Below are positions 60,701-64,000 of a DNA stretch of 64,000 nt, one piece after another. How positions within the stretch are numbered: position 1 is the first letter of the stretch; every line of letters starts with the position of its first letter. Location: the NCBI GenBank assembly GCA_040954595.2, contig CM082581.2, positions 11,032,186 to 11,096,185 on the forward strand. The letters run 5' to 3'. Source of the DNA: Balanoglossus misakiensis. Its lineage: Eukaryota > Animalia > Hemichordata. The notes under the pieces were generated by a model. That model saw nothing but the letters and a program-made list of their open reading frames with translations. It was not told where the DNA came from and made no database searches. The translations under genes were made by a program, and so were the position numbers.

Positions 60701-63700
60701 TTCGACTTTGCGAATTTTCAAAATTTGGTCATTTTTTGAAAAAATCATGGGTTATAGCTCATGAAAATCATCCCAGAATGACAATTTTTCGACTTTGCGA
60801 ATTTTCAAAATTTGGTCATTTTTTGAAAAAATCATGGGTTATAGCTCATGAAAATCATCCCAGAATGACAATTTTTCGACTTTGCGAATTTTCAAAATTT
60901 GGTCATTTTTTGAAAAAATCATGGGTTATAGCTCATGAAAATCATCCCAGAATGACAATTTTTCGACTTTGCGAATTTTCAAAATTTGGTCATTTTTTGA
61001 AAAAATCATGGGTTATAGCTCATGAAAATCATCCCAGAATGACAATTTTTCGACTTTGCGAATTTTCAAAATTTGGTCATTTTTTGAAAAAATCATGGGT
61101 TATAGCTCATGAAAATCATCCCAGAATGACAATTTTTCGACTTTGCGAATTTTCAAAATTTGGTCATTTTTTGAAAAAATCATGGGTTATAGCTCATGAA
61201 AATCATCCCAGAATGACAATTTTTCGACTTTGCGAATTTTCAAAATTTGGTCATTTTTTGAAAAAATCATGGGTTATAGCTCATGAAAATCATCCCAGAA
61301 TGACAATTTTTCGACTTTGCGAATTTTCAAAATTTGGTCATTTTTTGAAAAAATCATGGGTTATAGCTCATGAAAATCATCCCAGAATGACAATTTTTCG
61401 ACTTTGCGAATTTTCAAAATTTGGTCATTTTTTGAAAAAATCATGGGTTATAGCTCATGAAAATCATCCCAGAATGACAATTTTTCGACTTTGCGAATTT
61501 TCAAAATTTGGTCATTTTTTGAAAAAATCATGGGTTATAGCTCATGAAAATCATCCCAGAATGACAATTTTTCGACTTTGCGAATTTTCAAAATTTGGTC
61601 ATTTTTTGAAAAAATCATGGGTTATAGCTCATGAAAATCATCCCAGAATGACAATTTTTCGACTTTGCGAATTTTCAAAATTTGGTCATTTTTTGAAAAA
61701 ATCATGGGTTATAGCTCATGAAAATCATCCCAGAATGACAATTTTTCGACTTTGCGAATTTTCAAAATTTGGTCATTTTTTGAAAAAATCATGGGTTATA
61801 GCTCATGAAAATCATCCCAGAATGACAATTTTTCGACTTTGCGAATTTTCAAAATTTGGTCATTTTTTGAAAAAATCATGGGTTATAGCTCATGAAAATC
61901 ATCCCAGAATGACAATTTTTCGACTTTGCGAATTTTCAAAATTTGGTCATTTTTTGAAAAAATCATGGGTTATAGCTCATGAAAATCATCCCAGAATGAC
62001 AATTTTTCGACTTTGCGAATTTTCAAAATTTGGTCATTTTTTGAAAAAATCATGGGTTATAGCTCATGAAAATCATCCCAGAATGACAATTTTTCGACTT
62101 TGCGAATTTTCAAAATTTGGTCATTTTTTGAAAAAATCATGGGTTATAGCTCATGAAAATCATCCCAGAATGACAATTTTTCGACTTTGCGAATTTTCAA
62201 AATTTGGTCATTTTTTGAAAAAATCATGGGTTATAGCTCATGAAAATCATCCCAGAATGACAATTTTTCGACTTTGCGAATTTTCAAAATTTGGTCATTT
62301 TTTGAAAAAATCATGGGTTATAGCTCATGAAAATCATCCCAGAATGACAATTTTTCGACTTTGCGAATTTTCAAAATTTGGTCATTTTTTGAAAAAATCA
62401 TGGGTTATAGCTCATGAAAATCATCCCAGAATGACAATTTTTCGACTTTGCGAATTTTCAAAATTTGGTCATTTTTTGAAAAAATCATGGGTTATAGCTC
62501 ATGAAAATCATCCCAGAATGACAATTTTTCGACTTTGCGAATTTTCAAAATTTGGTCATTTTTTGAAAAAATCATGGGTTATAGCTCATGAAAATCATCC
62601 CAGAATGACAATTTTTCGACTTTGCGAATTTTCAAAATTTGGTCATTTTTTGAAAAAATCATGGGTTATAGCTCATGAAAATCATCCCAGAATGACAATT
62701 TTTCGACTTTGCGAATTTTCAAAATTTGGTCATTTTTTGAAAAAATCATGGGTTATAGCTCATGAAAATCATCCCAGAATGACAATTTTTCGACTTTGCG
62801 AATTTTCAAAATTTGGTCATTTTTTGAAAAAATCATGGGTTATAGCTCATGAAAATCATCCCAGAATGACAATTTTTCGACTTTGCGAATTTTTCAAAAT
62901 ATGGTCATTTTTTGAAAAAATCATGGGTTATAGCTCATGAAAATCATCCCAGAATGACAATTTTTCGACTTTGCGAATTTTCAAAATTTGGTCATTTTTT
63001 GAAAAAATCATGGGTTATAGCTCATGAAAATCATCCCAGAATGACAATTTTTCGACTTTGCGAATTTTCAAAATTTGGTCATTTTTTGAAAAAATCATGG
63101 GTTATAGCTCATGAAAATCATCCCAGAATGACAATTTTTCGACTTTGCGAATTTTCAAAATTTGGTCATTTTTTGAAAAAATCATGGGTTATAGCTCATG
63201 AAAATCATCCCAGAATGACAATTTTTCGACTTTGCGAATTTTCAAAATTTGGTCATTTTTTGAAAAAATCATGGGTTATAGCTCATGAAAATCATCCCAG
63301 AATGACAATTTTTCGACTTTGCGAATTTTCAAAATTTGGTCATTTTTTGAAAAAATCATGGGTTATAGCTCATGAAAATCATCCCAGAATGACAATTTTT
63401 CGACTTTGCGAATTTTCAAAATTTGGTCATTTTTTGAAAAAATCATGGGTTATAGCTCATGAAAATCATCCCAGAATGACAATTTTTCGACTTTGCGAAT
63501 TTTCAAAATTTGGTCATTTTTTGAAAAAATCATGGGTTATAGCTCATGAAAATCATCCCAGAATGACAATTTTTCGACTTTGCGAATTTTCAAAATTTGG
63601 TCATTTTTTGAAAAAATCATGGGTTATAGCTCATGAAAATCATCCCAGAATGACAATTTTTCGACTTTGCGAATTTTTCAAAATATGGTCATTTTTTGAA

Positions 63701-64000
63701 AAAATCATGGGTTATAGCTCATGAAAATCATCCCAGAATGACAATTTTTCGACTTTGCGAATTTTCAAAATTTGGTCATTTTTTGAAAAAATCATGGGTT
63801 ATAGCTCATGAAAATCATCCCAGAATGACAATTTTTCGACTTTGCGAATTTTCAAAATTTGGTCATTTTTTGAAAAAATCATGGGTTATAGCTCATGAAA
63901 ATCATCCCAGAATGACAATTTTTCGACTTTGCGAATTTTCAAAATTTGGTCATTTTTTGAAAAAATCATGGGTTATAGCTCATGAAAATCATCCCAGAAT
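42757..64000. repeat. 87-bp AT-rich tandem satellite array (~244 monomers, continues beyond the window), subfamilies A and B
   Basis: A monomer (e.g. 60061-60147): gctcatgaaaatcatcccagaatgacaatttttcgactttgcgaattttcaaaatttggtcattttttgaaaaaatcatgggttata. B monomer (e.g. 43869-43955): gctcaggaaaatcatcaaaaatcgccgatttttcgacttttccaaatctcgaaatttcgccgatttttgaaaaaatcatgggttata. Head-to-tail, one orientation, no spacers. Confidence 0.99.

Noticed and set aside
42759-63724. Very long ORFs (up to 1538 aa) of repeated KKSWVIAHENHPRMTIFRLCEFSKFGHFL
   Set aside because: Automatic result of an 87-bp (29-codon) monomer with one stop-free frame. Frameshifting indels and in-frame stops occur freely, and there is no promoter, splice structure or unique terminus.
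42757-64000. CRISPR-like array (constant part plus variable part)
   Set aside because: The variable part has only two recurring types rather than unique spacers, there are no cas genes, and the context is eukaryotic.

Overview
Eukaryotic (metazoan, probably invertebrate deuterostome; the taxon cannot be fixed from sequence alone) genomic DNA. The first ~42.7 kb is gene-rich with spliceosomal introns. It holds a minus-strand acidic/disordered ORF running off the left edge, head-to-head with FAHD2 (6 exons); a 4-exon secreted protein joining an angiopoietin-like coiled-coil N-terminus to a CBM4/9-like jelly-roll domain; an 18-exon SLC4A11-like transporter with an altered substrate pocket; a 12-exon ANKRD55 orthologue with two GC-AG introns and RFX X-boxes; and a 2-exon HOPX-like homeodomain-only gene. 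From ~42,757 to the window end lies an uninterrupted AT-rich 87-bp tandem satellite (~244 monomers). It has two subfamilies (A and B, ~80% identical) layered from a mixed edge to a near-homogeneous interior, and several of their differences fall at mirror-symmetric positions that preserve a long dyad/hairpin. All exon boundaries were read by hand and need transcript confirmation. The long ORFs in the satellite are artefacts of an 87 = 29x3 stop-free monomer.
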